A stretch of DNA of 64,000 bases from Schizochytrium sp. TIO01 (GCA_004764695.1 SMSO01000031.1:3200436-3264435); one strand, 5' to 3'; numbered from the stretch's first letter, positions 9,437 through 20,800 are shown. The notes: generated by a model not told the origin, from the letters alone. Made by a program: numbers and translations.

Positions 9437-12400
9437 CTACAAAGAGGGTTGCGGTGAGTCTGGTCGATCTACAGAAGCACTGATGCTACGCGCAGCATTG
9501 CGTTGTATTGCTGCAACATCTGTGGCATCCATGAAAGCAACAGCAGCATTTGAACCTTTACGATGAGATATCGTTCCATGGTCAGATGATGGATCAGAAT
9601 CAGTACGCACCTTGCCATCCTTGCCGATTGCAAATCCTGCCGAAGCAAGAACTTGCTCAAAGGTGGCTTCACGTACAGCCCAATCCTTCATTATTTCCTC
9701 GCGAGCCTCGTCGTTGAGACCTTCGCGAGTATATACTTCGTCCTCAAGAAGCCGCATCCAGTTATCACGATTCGTAGCAATCTGAATACATGGGTCTGAG
9801 GAGTTTGGGAGTAGGGTAGACATAGCAAAGAAAAGCGGTGCCACGATAAAGTCAATAAAGTTAATTGACATCTCTGCCTGGCTAGTTGTATCCCGATCCA
9901 TATTAGGAGAAACTTCCCAGCCGTTGGCGCGTTCAAGGTCACCTTGTGCATAAAATTCTTCGCAGACAAGATCTTGCCAGCGCTTAGAGCACGCCCAAGA
10001 TCTTGTAGGGTTACTAATATCGGAGCAGTGTAAGATTGACTTTGCAATCAAGCTACGCTCTTCTATATTCATGGAAGAGGTTGGCTCATCCATATGACGC
10101 ACGATGCAGTCTCTTAATTCGCCTGTTAGGTCGAAATGGCAAGTCATGTCTGTGGCGAGAATGCAATCTAGTACAATTTGACGAACACGCGTAACGCTTG
10201 CTTCGTCTAGATTGCACAAAATGTTCGTTGTATTGCTCTCAAACATACTGAACGTGCAGGCACAATGGTGGCTTTCTAGAACAGACCTACCTTCATAAAG
10301 CATAGCCAATTCTGTTTTAGCCTTCACTTGAAACGCATTGTTAAGACCAGGGTGTTCAAGGTCGTGGCAAAACGCTGCAATAGTAAGTGCGAACGCGTGC
10401 AAGTCGTCTAAGAACTCGCAACCGCGCATAGTAGTTAGCATACAGAAGGTACCTTGCAAGACATCACAAGCATGATCGTAATTGTGGTATGGATTGTGAT
10501 GCATCGTCATGCCTGCCTCCACACGCTCGACAAAGGCGACGAGCCTATCAGCAGGGACAGAAAACTTCGAGTCGGCGCCCATGGTGCGGAACATAAAGGA
10601 CACAAGGCTTGTGCGCATCTCAAGGGGAACCATCTGTAGATTGAAGTACCAAGACCCAGGGTCTAGCTCGCGCGGATCCTCAAGCTTCTGCTTATTCACA
10701 AATTTGTGATATCGAGTAACCACGCTATTCCAAGAGTCTGTTTTCTTCTTCATGATGGCAGGGCGCTTCACGCTAAAGCGTTTGCGAGCAGTAGCCGCGG
10801 CAGCTACAGCTGCCATTGTTGCTGCAGATGATGACGCCATGCTGTTATTCCGAGTATGTCCAAGAAGAGCAGAGGATGATGCTGAGCGTCCTAAAGCAAT
10901 CTCGCTTGTTCCACGTTCACTTGGTCCATCACCCTGGACACGTTGGTCAACTGCGGCGCGGGCAGCTTCAAGAGCTTGAGTACGTAGTTCATCGACATAA
11001 GTTGCAAGAGGAAGCTCATCAACTGCACCACGATCAACATTATTGTCTTCATCAGAGGTATCATCCTCCCCCTCCTCAGGAATAATGTTTGCCATTTCTT
11101 CTTCGGTACGATGAACACGAACTAGGGTCATAAGTGAAATACCTTTGCCAACATGAGCAAGCACAGCCCCAAGTGGTACAGGTCCAACTTCCACAGAAGA
11201 CTCCTCATCAGTGTAGCTAATAAGACGAGCACACGCCTGGATATAAGCATTTGCAAGAAACTCTGGAGAGTCTTGGTCGTCTGGAAACACAACGTCTTCG
11301 GCGGTTGAGCCAATACTTGCCATCGAAAGTCGCCGTGCAGCACCTGCTAGAGCATCATCAACGCTCTGTCGTCGCACCTCTGCACGTGTGAATTGAGAGC
11401 CAAGCCAGCGACGAGATTTTTCATCCAAACTTACAGGACTTACTAGCTCTGCAAAGGATCGCGTAAGCAAAAGTCGTTTGAGAACACCAAGAAGATCACG
11501 CTCGCCACGTGTCCGAGCTGCTTTAGCAACAAAATCAAGGTGCGCTAATGGAGCAGCCAAAGGGCCTTTATTTGCATCTGTTGTGAGAGTTCCACGACGG
11601 GAGCTTGGTACAGCAGTTGATGACGCAATTCGAGATCGCGTTCGTGTCAGAGTGCTGCTCCTCTGAAGTGGCTCTTGCAGAACTACAGGACTCTCAATTT
11701 CAGGTACCTTTTGAGAAAGATCGATTCGCATTGACTTGATCGGCTTTTTCTTCTTTGGTTGACGTTTGAGTGTTTCGCCACGACCGGCACCTGTTGGATC
11801 CACAAAGCTACCACCGCGTGTTCCTGTCTCGTTCCTCATGTTCATCTCCATATTATCTTGAAACATATCATCGGCAATCTCGCGTTGCTCAGAGAGGCTC
11901 GAATCTTCTGATGCCTTCGGGGAGCTGGCGACTGTCTCTTGCATTTGTTCTATATACTCCTCGTCAGCATCACGAACAATAAGTTGGAGGCCAACACTGA
12001 AGATGGTATGCTGGGTCTGGACTTCTGCGTACGGTTCATGGATATGAAGGTCCATGTCAAGGCGTGGAGAAACAATACGCCGTGCATATACATCCGCAAG
12101 TTGGACTGCACAATAGCCTAGCATGATATCAAAACCTAGAGCTGTGTCTGCTTGTCGCCAAAGGACAATTTCGAGTTTTGAGTTCCGGAGTGGCTGGCTT
12201 GCCCAGTCCACAAGGAGTTCTGGCGCAAGCTTAAACACAAAGCTTTCATTGAATTCTAAAAGTTCGGAGTGCACGGGAGCGGTCAGCATTGTTTGCTTGC
12301 GCACAAGTCGAGTTCCGTTGTAGATATTGATGAAAGCAGATGCATAGATCTCGGTCATTGGATTATTCGCTGATGCAGCAAGATGTCCGGAGCCAGGCTT

Positions 12401-15400
12401 TGAGCTCGTCAAAGAGGGGAGTCTATCTCCGAGTGTATGACTCACACCACGTAAAGTAATGATCAGACCTGATTCCTCGTCTGTTAGAACCTCTCCGAAG
12501 TCACATTTTGTTCGGCGACGGACAGGAAGCAGTTCGTTAATACTAGATGTGAGTGAGTTTCTAGCACCTACAAAGCGTGCTCCAAGCTTGTGACGGTTTA
12601 ATGTCATTGAGACACGTGAGAACCAGCGTCGAGTCTCTGTATCATCAGCCTCAGCAAAAGTAAAGTCCTTGTAGGTAAAATGCATTTCGCCACGACGAGA
12701 CCATTCTTCTGTTTTAACCTTAAATGCAAGACTGTGAACTCGATCTGAAGTGTCCTGAACCATCTCCACAGTAGCATCGTTTAGGTAAATGACCACATGG
12801 GCATCCACTGCTGTCATACGTCGAGGATCACGCTTCTTGAACAGCAGCATACAATCCTGCCGAAGAATGACGAAGCGTTCCTTCCAATCTGAAAAAATCT
12901 TCTTATTTCCTCCCGCAGGGCTTTGCTTTCTGATAGAGAGAAAGCCCTCCTTCTCCACCCGTGTTTGCCGAGGATCGCTGCTTTGGCGTAGCATTAAGGA
13001 TGCAGGCCGGGGTTGTAAATATGCTTTATCCTCCTTCTGAAGCTTCTCGAGCTCTAAGGCTGCCTTGAACTGATTCCTTGCACGCGTAATACTTGCAGCC
13101 AGTGATAATTTATGGCGTTTGAGAAGTCGATGGCGCAAAGTGCTCACGAGAAGAGTGTCTGCAAAGCGATATACATACTCATCATTGAAGGCATTTGCTC
13201 GAATCTTGTGGACAATTCCATGCTGATCAGCGAGATTCTCACAAGCAGCTTTTACTAGAGCTGCGGTGTAATCTTTGTGAAGGGAGTTTTGTGGATACAC
13301 ATCTTGAATCAGACGAAGAGAAAAGGTTGTACCAATCATGCAGGCAATTCGAAGAACCATTTGTTCAATAGAGCCTAATCGGTCAACAATTTCCCCAAGA
13401 ACACCCGCTGCGGTTCGGGGCGGAGCAACCTCGGTTGGGGGATAGTAATCAGCAGGAAATTTCATTGTTTCCATCTCATCCTCATTGATACCATCAGTTC
13501 CTGCGCTACTATGGTTCGCCGTACCTCCACTACCGTCATTCCCCGCGGCGTTCAAGAAAGCAGCTTGTTTACTTAAAGCTGCACGGTGTGCTGCATGCAG
13601 GGTCCATGCGGGTTCATCCAGATGTTGCACTGCGATACGCAGCGAGGCCATATACTTCAGGTTAGGGTCATATCCGCCAGCTCCCCGACGTACTTGCTTC
13701 TTGCCAGAACTAATCGGTGTAAATCTTACAAGTTTCGGTTTACGAGCTTCGCGGATCTCATGGGCAAACTCTTTGATAAGGAGAGGGTTATTGAAGCAGC
13801 GAGGTTCGCAAACTTGCCATAGGTCGGCGCTGATAACCTCAATATTTTCACCAACATTTTTGCGGAAGATGTCAATAGCCATCGCACGGGATAAAGGGCC
13901 TAGGGCGAGAATGTCAACACCATCGATCGAACACATTTCCCGAAAAGCCGGTAACGCGTTACGTGTACGAGATTCAACGAGGCGCGGTCGCAAACCCATG
14001 GTTCGATCCGCATACCCTTCAAATGGACGGAGAGCAATTACAAGCATTAGCTCAAGAGCATCACTGCATACTAAACTGGCTAGTTTAGAGGCAATTCGCC
14101 ATGAATGTTCATCAAGTCGCAAAGCATCGTCGAAGAGTATAATAAGACCGCCAAACTTGATGGTGACCTTGGAGATGATATCACAAATCATGTCTGAAAT
14201 GAGGTCATTAATATGAGCCTTGTATTGGGCAGGTGCAAGCTTCTCCAATGCTTGAGCAGCGTCACCGGAGGGAGGTGCAAAATTAGTACCAAGGTCTTCA
14301 TTGAGAAGGCTAGCGTACTCAATTAAGTTCTCGTCCAACACTCCTTGAAGAATTTGGGTTCGCACTTTGCTAGGATTTTTCCTTAAGGTTGACTTTGCAA
14401 GACTTGAAGCCTCAAAGAAGATCCACTGTGAAATAATATCAAACCAGACATGGTAATTCCGTTCGGCGTTACGAAATTTGAGGAACTGTGCTGTGCCATT
14501 CTCAGACTCAAAGAGTTGTTCAAACTGAGATGTGGTGTGTTCCCATTGTTCGGACGATCCCAAAACAGGCACGCTGTTTGGAAGAAAACCATAACCAAAC
14601 CGTTTAAGCATGTGAGTTTTGCCTGAACCAGGCTCTCCAGAAATAACAACAACAGATCCTTTGCCACATTCAACAAGTTCAATTTTTCGAGCCATGAGAG
14701 ACTGCAGAACGAAGGAGCTTGCAGATTGTATAACTTCTACGTCTTTCCGAGGGACTGCCACTAGTTTAAGAGTTGTTCCTCCATTACCAGACATGTCATT
14801 ATATACGCTCGCGTTGCTCCCCCCAAGTGATGGGACCTTGCGCAGAGAAGGGTCATCGTGCGACTTTAAACCTTTTGTTGGTACTAGTTCGATGGTGGAG
14901 TTCCAAATTTCACCAAAGCCCAGCGCCTCATTGACTACAGCCTCAAGGTATTTAAAGGGAACACCCATTGCCTCGGGACGTGGTGCATCAGTACCTTCAC
15001 CTAGGGAGTCGATGCGTTCCCGATTTGTTGCCCAAATGTCCATATTTAACACTACTTCAGTACCCTGGATCATGAGAGCTACATCCGATGTAGACACACC
15101 ATGTCGCATGAGACCAACGTTTTTACAATACTCCGTTACGTTCCGCAGTAGCGACTTTGTTTCGTCCTGACCTTGGTCGTGACGATCCACCGAGGCAACG
15201 CAATAGAGATCCCCTGCACCAACAGCAACTTGACTACATGTGATGAGGTATTCCGGATCGACCTTTTCGCCTGAAGTTGACAGATGAGAGGAGGTACGGT
15301 TCGCATTATTGTAAAAGATGAGACTCTTTCGTGGACTAGTGGATCTTGGGCCATAGCTACTTTGCCCTGATGATGTGTGATTACTAGGCGTGCTGTGTAG

Positions 15401-17353
15401 CTCGTAGGCAAACTCTCCATCCAATGAATCACCTTGTGAATCTGAGTCTAAAACCTCCTGTACGGTGCCCTTGCGAGCAGCCTTTGATTTGCTGCCAGAA
15501 AACAAGGCTTTAAGTCGTTGACTAGATCGTTGATGTACTCGACCCAGGCTGTTATGAGGCTTCCGACGCTGAGCGCCGCTCCGAGCCCCGAGAAGTGTGT
15601 TGGGTACACGAAAGTACATGCGGAGATTTTCATTTTTCTGTTCACTTGTTTCCTCAATTTCAAGGAGGCGTGTAGTACCTAATATATCAAAAGATATGAA
15701 GCGTTCAGAAGAATGAGCTAACATCGCAGCAGTTGCAGCTTGTCCTTTGATAGGAAATCGAGGCCCAAGTAAGTGCATTGTGGGAGCATGAACAAGGTTT
15801 GATGCCGTGCTATCAGAGCGAGCTTTGGAGCTACTCCGTGTAATTGCATGGCCTAGTAGGGTACCACGGTTTTTCTTCTTTTTCTCTATCGCTTCGCCCT
15901 TTCTGTTTGCTGAGGAGTATGCCAAAGCGTCCAAACTTGTTAATGGTTCAAAAACAACAATTGGGGCGGCTTTTCCTTTCACCTTGACCGGTGCCAGCGC
16001 TCGAAAAGGGATATCACGACTGCAGGTGATATAAGTAGCTTCATCGCAAATAATCGTCGATCCACCCTCAGATTTCATACTTACGATAGCTGCACCCATC
16101 AAACGCGCAGAAAGATTAACAATGTCGCCCAAAACAGAGTACTCTTTGCGTGTCTGGCTGCCAAGTACACCACAGAAAGCTGTTCCAGAGGTTATTCCAA
16201 CAGCAGGGTTCATGTTGAGCTTTTCTCGCAACTCTGTAGCTGCATGCAACGAAGAGGAGACAGCGCGCTTTGCATCATTTTCATGACTGTAGGGCGGCAA
16301 GCCAAAAAGTACAATTATGGTTGCTCCCTTGTCATCAACGATGAATTTATTTAGCGCACCTTCATATTTGTAAGCAGACGTCTGGACAATACGCATAGCT
16401 TCGTGCAACACAAGCATTTCATCACCACCCTTTGCGGCTTCTTGTACCTCAGATTCTGAGAGACCAAGACTTATAAAAACCACAGAAACATGACGCAACT
16501 CTGAGCTAAAGTATTCAAATTCAGGATGTTCAGAATCAATTGACTGGAGTGCGGCAGCAGGGATAAGTTGACGGATCCGACGCTCGGTCAACCCGGTATA
16601 TGAGTCAAAAAGATTAAGGCCAAATTGCTTGTTACGGGCCCGGCCTGTCGCCGTAACAGAGTCTAAATCGATTCGCACAAAACTACCATGTCGAGCGCGC
16701 TTAGGGCTTGGCATTTTAATCCCCTTGAAGAACTTTGAGATTTGTTTCCATGCAGGAGGAGATGCAATCACTTCTCCTGCTGAGGCCATACCTTCAGCGG
16801 CAAATGCCTGGCTCATAGGTTCGCCTACAGCAATGTATTCTGTCCTTCCTTTGACACCTCCTAGATGAAGAATGGCTAAAGAGCCTACGCCAACTCCAAT
16901 CTTAATACTTAGCGATACAGAGTCGTCATCAAAGGCAAGGCCTTGGCCAAGGCCTTGAATGCGTACTGCACTCTGGGTTGCTCTACGAGCGCGGTCGCCA
17001 ATGCTCTCTTCATCGCTTGTGGGAGGCCAAAGCACAATCATTGCATCACCTGCAAATTTGAAGACATCGCCACCTTCTGAGTTGATAATTTTCACGAGCT
17101 GACTAAAATACGAGTTCAACTGTTTGGCAAGATGCTCCGCGCCAGCGTGAGGGCCATACTGAATTGACATACTTTCACTGAGTTTGGTAAACCCACTGAC
17201 ATCAGCAAAAAGACATGCTGCATCATACGTTGCAAGGCGAGGCTTTGTGGCATCATGTTTCACTCCAGTTTGGTTTTCCTCCTCTTCGAGCTGAAGGATT
17301 TCCTCGACGACCAACGAAGGTAAGTAGCTCGCAAGTAGCTCAATATACCTCAT
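9437..17353 (-). CDS. Soluble adenylyl cyclase (ADCY10/sAC-like, tandem class III domains) - STAND/AAA P-loop - PH - C2 - class I cyclic nucleotide phosphodiesterase fusion, ~2638 aa
   Basis: Cyclase C1: LFADVSGFTKLSE and GGDVFKFAGDA. Cyclase C2: NKFIVDDKG, GITSGTAFCG and EYSVLGDIVNLSARLM. Walker A GEPGSGKT (~14615-14640) and Walker B LIILFDD. PH: EKEGFLSIRK...WKERFVILR...RRWFSRV. C2-like: FNESFVF...LEIVLW...MLGYCAVQL. PDEase_I: PYHNYDHACDV, HDLEHPGLNN, LESHH, LATDM, CSDISNP, EEFYAQGDLE. The ORF track starts at TTG 17377; the first ATG is at 17353. Confidence 0.92.
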   Translation of the reverse strand: MRYIELLASYLPSLVVEEILQLEEEENQTGVKHDATKPRLATYDAACLFADVSGFTKLSESMSIQYGPHAGAEHLAKQLNSYFSQLVKIINSEGGDVFKFAGDAMIVLWPPTSDEESIGDRARRATQSAVRIQGLGQGLAFDDDSVSLSIKIGVGVGSLAILHLGGVKGRTEYIAVGEPMSQAFAAEGMASAGEVIASPPAWKQISKFFKGIKMPSPKRARHGSFVRIDLDSVTATGRARNKQFGLNLFDSYTGLTERRIRQLIPAAALQSIDSEHPEFEYFSSELRHVSVVFISLGLSESEVQEAAKGGDEMLVLHEAMRIVQTSAYKYEGALNKFIVDDKGATIIVLFGLPPYSHENDAKRAVSSSLHAATELREKLNMNPAVGITSGTAFCGVLGSQTRKEYSVLGDIVNLSARLMGAAIVSMKSEGGSTIICDEATYITCSRDIPFRALAPVKVKGKAAPIVVFEPLTSLDALAYSSANRKGEAIEKKKKNRGTLLGHAITRSSSKARSDSTASNLVHAPTMHLLGPRFPIKGQAATAAMLAHSSERFISFDILGTTRLLEIEETSEQKNENLRMYFRVPNTLLGARSGAQRRKPHNSLGRVHQRSSQRLKALFSGSKSKAARKGTVQEVLDSDSQGDSLDGEFAYELHSTPSNHTSSGQSSYGPRSTSPRKSLIFYNNANRTSSHLSTSGEKVDPEYLITCSQVAVGAGDLYCVASVDRHDQGQDETKSLLRNVTEYCKNVGLMRHGVSTSDVALMIQGTEVVLNMDIWATNRERIDSLGEGTDAPRPEAMGVPFKYLEAVVNEALGFGEIWNSTIELVPTKGLKSHDDPSLRKVPSLGGSNASVYNDMSGNGGTTLKLVAVPRKDVEVIQSASSFVLQSLMARKIELVECGKGSVVVISGEPGSGKTHMLKRFGYGFLPNSVPVLGSSEQWEHTTSQFEQLFESENGTAQFLKFRNAERNYHVWFDIISQWIFFEASSLAKSTLRKNPSKVRTQILQGVLDENLIEYASLLNEDLGTNFAPPSGDAAQALEKLAPAQYKAHINDLISDMICDIISKVTIKFGGLIILFDDALRLDEHSWRIASKLASLVCSDALELMLVIALRPFEGYADRTMGLRPRLVESRTRNALPAFREMCSIDGVDILALGPLSRAMAIDIFRKNVGENIEVISADLWQVCEPRCFNNPLLIKEFAHEIREARKPKLVRFTPISSGKKQVRRGAGGYDPNLKYMASLRIAVQHLDEPAWTLHAAHRAALSKQAAFLNAAGNDGSGGTANHSSAGTDGINEDEMETMKFPADYYPPTEVAPPRTAAGVLGEIVDRLGSIEQMVLRIACMIGTTFSLRLIQDVYPQNSLHKDYTAALVKAACENLADQHGIVHKIRANAFNDEYVYRFADTLLVSTLRHRLLKRHKLSLAASITRARNQFKAALELEKLQKEDKAYLQPRPASLMLRQSSDPRQTRVEKEGFLSIRKQSPAGGNKKIFSDWKERFVILRQDCMLLFKKRDPRRMTAVDAHVVIYLNDATVEMVQDTSDRVHSLAFKVKTEEWSRRGEMHFTYKDFTFAEADDTETRRWFSRVSMTLNRHKLGARFVGARNSLTSSINELLPVRRRTKCDFGEVLTDEESGLIITLRGVSHTLGDRLPSLTSSKPGSGHLAASANNPMTEIYASAFINIYNGTRLVRKQTMLTAPVHSELLEFNESFVFKLAPELLVDWASQPLRNSKLEIVLWRQADTALGFDIMLGYCAVQLADVYARRIVSPRLDMDLHIHEPYAEVQTQHTIFSVGLQLIVRDADEEYIEQMQETVASSPKASEDSSLSEQREIADDMFQDNMEMNMRNETGTRGGSFVDPTGAGRGETLKRQPKKKKPIKSMRIDLSQKVPEIESPVVLQEPLQRSSTLTRTRSRIASSTAVPSSRRGTLTTDANKGPLAAPLAHLDFVAKAARTRGERDLLGVLKRLLLTRSFAELVSPVSLDEKSRRWLGSQFTRAEVRRQSVDDALAGAARRLSMASIGSTAEDVVFPDDQDSPEFLANAYIQACARLISYTDEESSVEVGPVPLGAVLAHVGKGISLMTLVRVHRTEEEMANIIPEEGEDDTSDEDNNVDRGAVDELPLATYVDELRTQALEAARAAVDQRVQGDGPSERGTSEIALGRSASSSALLGHTRNNSMASSSAATMAAVAAAATARKRFSVKRPAIMKKKTDSWNSVVTRYHKFVNKQKLEDPRELDPGSWYFNLQMVPLEMRTSLVSFMFRTMGADSKFSVPADRLVAFVERVEAGMTMHHNPYHNYDHACDVLQGTFCMLTTMRGCEFLDDLHAFALTIAAFCHDLEHPGLNNAFQVKAKTELAMLYEGRSVLESHHCACTFSMFESNTTNILCNLDEASVTRVRQIVLDCILATDMTCHFDLTGELRDCIVRHMDEPTSSMNIEERSLIAKSILHCSDISNPTRSWACSKRWQDLVCEEFYAQGDLERANGWEVSPNMDRDTTSQAEMSINFIDFIVAPLFFAMSTLLPNSSDPCIQIATNRDNWMRLLEDEVYTREGLNDEAREEIMKDWAVREATFEQVLASAGFAIGKDGKVRTDSDPSSDHGTISHRKGSNAAVAFMDATDVAAIQRNAARSISASVDRPDSPQPSL

Positions 17354-17809
17354 GTTCACGTGTTCACGCCTTTTCAATACTTATAAATCCCTTTCTGCGT
17401 TGGATCACTCCAGAAACGCTTCGTATTCGCCCTCTCCCACGTCCAAGAGATAAGCTGTATCAAGCGGCACGTGCAGCTCTAACTAAAGTGTGCCAGCGCG
17501 TGAATCCTTTCACGAGCTGGCCGTCGCGGTCGCCTCAGCTGAGACTTGCGCCTCCGCAGCGGCGAGCGTCAGGAAGCGGGTAGACCCTTGACCCACTCAG
17601 TTCTCGCTCGCGTTCTCTGGGCTCTTTCGGCAGCCACCACGTAAATGGCTAGCTACGTGAACCTCAACAAACGAAAAAATTAGCCTTTACCTAACCAAGC
17701 AAGCAATGTCCAACGCAGATCCAGCAGAGAGGGAGAAAGTAGAGGACGGCAAGCCGCGTAATCAACCACAAGTTGTCCACAACGTCGCAGCTATCCCTGC
17801 CGCTATCTT

Positions 17810-17878
17810 CGCTGTTGTCGTTGCCGTTGCTGCTGCTGCTGCTGCTGCTGTTGCTGTTGATGTTATAGTTGTTGTTGG
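17810..17878. repeat. Imperfect GCT/GTT trinucleotide microsatellite, including (GCT)7 at 17829-17849
   Basis: Directly visible, ~470 bp upstream of the cyclase-PDE start codon. Confidence 0.85.
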
Positions 17879-20800
17879 AGTACTAAGTTGGTCCTTGTCC
17901 ACAACCGCGGCGACTCCTATTCCTCTCGTCCAAAGTGAAAAAACAAAACAAAAAACTCTTTGCGCCCCACATAGGAGGACTCTCTACCATCAACTCTAGA
18001 CATCCCTCTACCTCCTCCCTCGAAGGAAGAAGCACGAAAGAATTCCAAAAGCGAGAGATGTATGTTGATAAGCTCATAGATTGCTCAAGTCAGTGATTGA
18101 TTCTTTTCGCAAGTCTTGATTGTGCTAACTCCTGCAAATAATAGCTACAGCTACATCCATACGTTGTAGACGAAGAACCATCGTCATTTACGAGTGAGTG
18201 CTATGAATTATGATATGTTTTTTTATTTCACTTCATTTTCTTTACCGCTCGTACACACGCGCTTACACACCCAATCGAACGAAGCATTGCTGGACTCTGA
18301 ACCGCTGTCATCTTGAACTGCGCGTCGCAGATACAAACAAGTCGAATTTACTACATCAATTCTCGCCAGATGCTTTCAATCGCACGGGAGGGGTATGCAT
18401 TAATTCCATTGAATGCAAACTTTCATCATGTTCTAGCTCATCCTTCGAAGGTGCGAAGAATCAATTTATAGAAAAAGTTAAAAAAGAAAAGAAAAAGGTA
18501 TTCGACCAAAAGAAGCTCTCTTAAAGTTAATTAAAACTTAGTTTATTATTACTATATATAATATTATATATATTCATTATGTTTGTTCCTTTAACAAACC
18601 AAAATTAATAATAATAATATTACTAAACAACGACGGTCATTAAAACATGGAGCTTCAAAGAGCCCGCGCAAGGCCTTTATAATTAAGTTCTTCCTCCCAG
18701 TCACAACAACCCAACGTGGCTGACGAGGTCGCAGCGACTCTCAGCACAGGTCCCCCCTCCCGCTCTGCGTGAAGACCTTGGTCTAACCACCCTCGCCCCT
18801 CTCTGATAAGCGTCGGAGTCCGGCTCGGCAGAATGGACCCGCGCGATCGACGTCCTGGAAATCAGGAGTAAAAACAAAGAGTTCTCAAAGAAAACGAAAG
18901 AGCTTGGTAGAGAAGGTTATATTGACGTGAAACTCAGGGTGATTTCGTTAATTGGGGACGCCAGCTCGCGGGGGAGGCGAGGGAAGGCCGGGCTCAAGAA
19001 CTTCGCATGCTGCCGCGTGAATTTTCATCATTAGTTCTTCTTTCCGTAGGTCTAAAAAGGATATAAACGAAAGTTTTTTTCTTCTAAAAATGAAGAAAAT
19101 GAAAATTGATTGTGGCCCGGAGAATCGAAAGAAAAAGAAGGTCCTAAAGGGGGGCACAGAGCACGTCCTGGGCATGTGTTTGCTCCACACACTAACAAGT
19201 AGATCGAGAGCGCGGCATGTGCATCCTTAATAACGTTCAGACAAACCCCCGTCTTTTCCCGCCTGGATTCTTTGACGATATGGGTATGAATGTCGGTATT
19301 TCAATAGTGCGCGCGCGCGCAATTCTCGACAAGGCAGTCAAATCCTCACGATCGCTCGCATCCTTGCCATCCCGTATTGCCAGGTTCTCCCTGGAGTCGT
19401 GGTTCTTGTTTTCAGCTTGCATCAGTCTTTATATAATTGTTTGTGTACGACCACAAGTACCTAGGAGCAGCCTGCCGCGCTGGCCAGGCCTCTGCTCTTG
19501 CTGAGCCTTCTCGCTCGTTTGTCATCACGAAGTCGCATTCTTCTTAACCGGATTTATTCATTTCTAGTTGCACCATAACTCGAAGGATATTACTGATTTG
19601 CCGTGGCAAAATTGAGCGAAGAGTCCAACGTTATCATCGTACTGCTGCTGCTGCTGCTGTTGGAATCCAAACTCTATCATTAATTTCGCCTTGGTGTGTA
19701 AAACCCATTCTTCAAAGACTTTTGCTGTGTTTCCTTACTAGAAAGACAACGAGCCCTTACTTCTAAGGCAAAATACTATTTTATTTCCTGTTCGGACAGA
19801 ATCTTGTGAATCTTGTGCTGCTAATCAGCTCGGAACACTGTAAGGCAAAACTTAGTTCCTAGCATTAGTTGACTCACTTTGTTATGCTCTCTCAGACTTC
19901 GTACATTTTTTGTCTCTCATACTACGCGCTAATTATTATTGATTGTAAATGATCTACTAGTATGACTAGTTGTACTTGATTACAGCAAATTACCATCTCT
20001 TATCAAAAGGCAAGCATCAATTTGAAGTTGAGTGTGGCACTGGAACGAGTTTACAAAGAGCTTCGTGATCAACCAAACTTGGAAACAGCAATGATTGGTG
20101 CCATGCTACAGCACTTACTCCTAAATTAGCTTTGTACTACTAGAGTAGCCGTAATATACTATAGGTGCTATGACGATCTTGAGTTTCCTGTGCACACCAC
20201 AATCCAAATTAAAGTTGAAGAGAACCACCTTCAGCGAAAGGCGTTGCTCGCGTGCAGTGCTACTAATAACTGAGTACCCGCGCTCGGCAGCGGACTCAGG
20301 ATTTGCCTGATATTGGGAACCTTGTTGTTAGTTATGGTTTGTAGTTCGGAACTTCACATGAGATGATCATTATCTACGTGCAGGGTGTGCAAGGGTGTAG
20401 CCACGCTTGCGGCGAAAAGATTACCATATTATGGGCTGCTTCATGACTTTGACAATGTTTTCGTCTCACGATGGACACTAGGAGGTAACATGTATGAGGC
20501 AAGGTGTAAGGTCAAAGCTTGAAGGGTAAAGTATCTCTATATAAAATAGAATTGCGAATAAAACTAGAGTTGTCTTGGAATTATAACTTCAGCAAGCCTA
20601 ATGTCGCAATTAATCTATGGTAGCTACTAAGAGCGAAGTACCTAGCGAGACTGACTCGAATCATATATCAGTGCTGTAAGGTTCACAGGCTCATTAACGC
20701 TTTTCAGGATTGCCCTAATAGAAAAGGAGTTCGAAACCTGCAAATAATGTGCAGCCCTTCACTATTATGGGTGATGAGGGGCAGCCTGGTGCAAACAAGA

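Noticed and set aside
17395-17691. Possible 5'UTR intron of the cyclase-PDE gene (minus-strand GTAAAG ... CGCAG)
   Set aside because: Splice-like words alone are not enough without transcript data.
17706-17999. 97-aa ORF with a hydrophobic poly-Ala/Val stretch that looks like a membrane protein
   Set aside because: The hydrophobic run is the translation of the GCT/GTT microsatellite.
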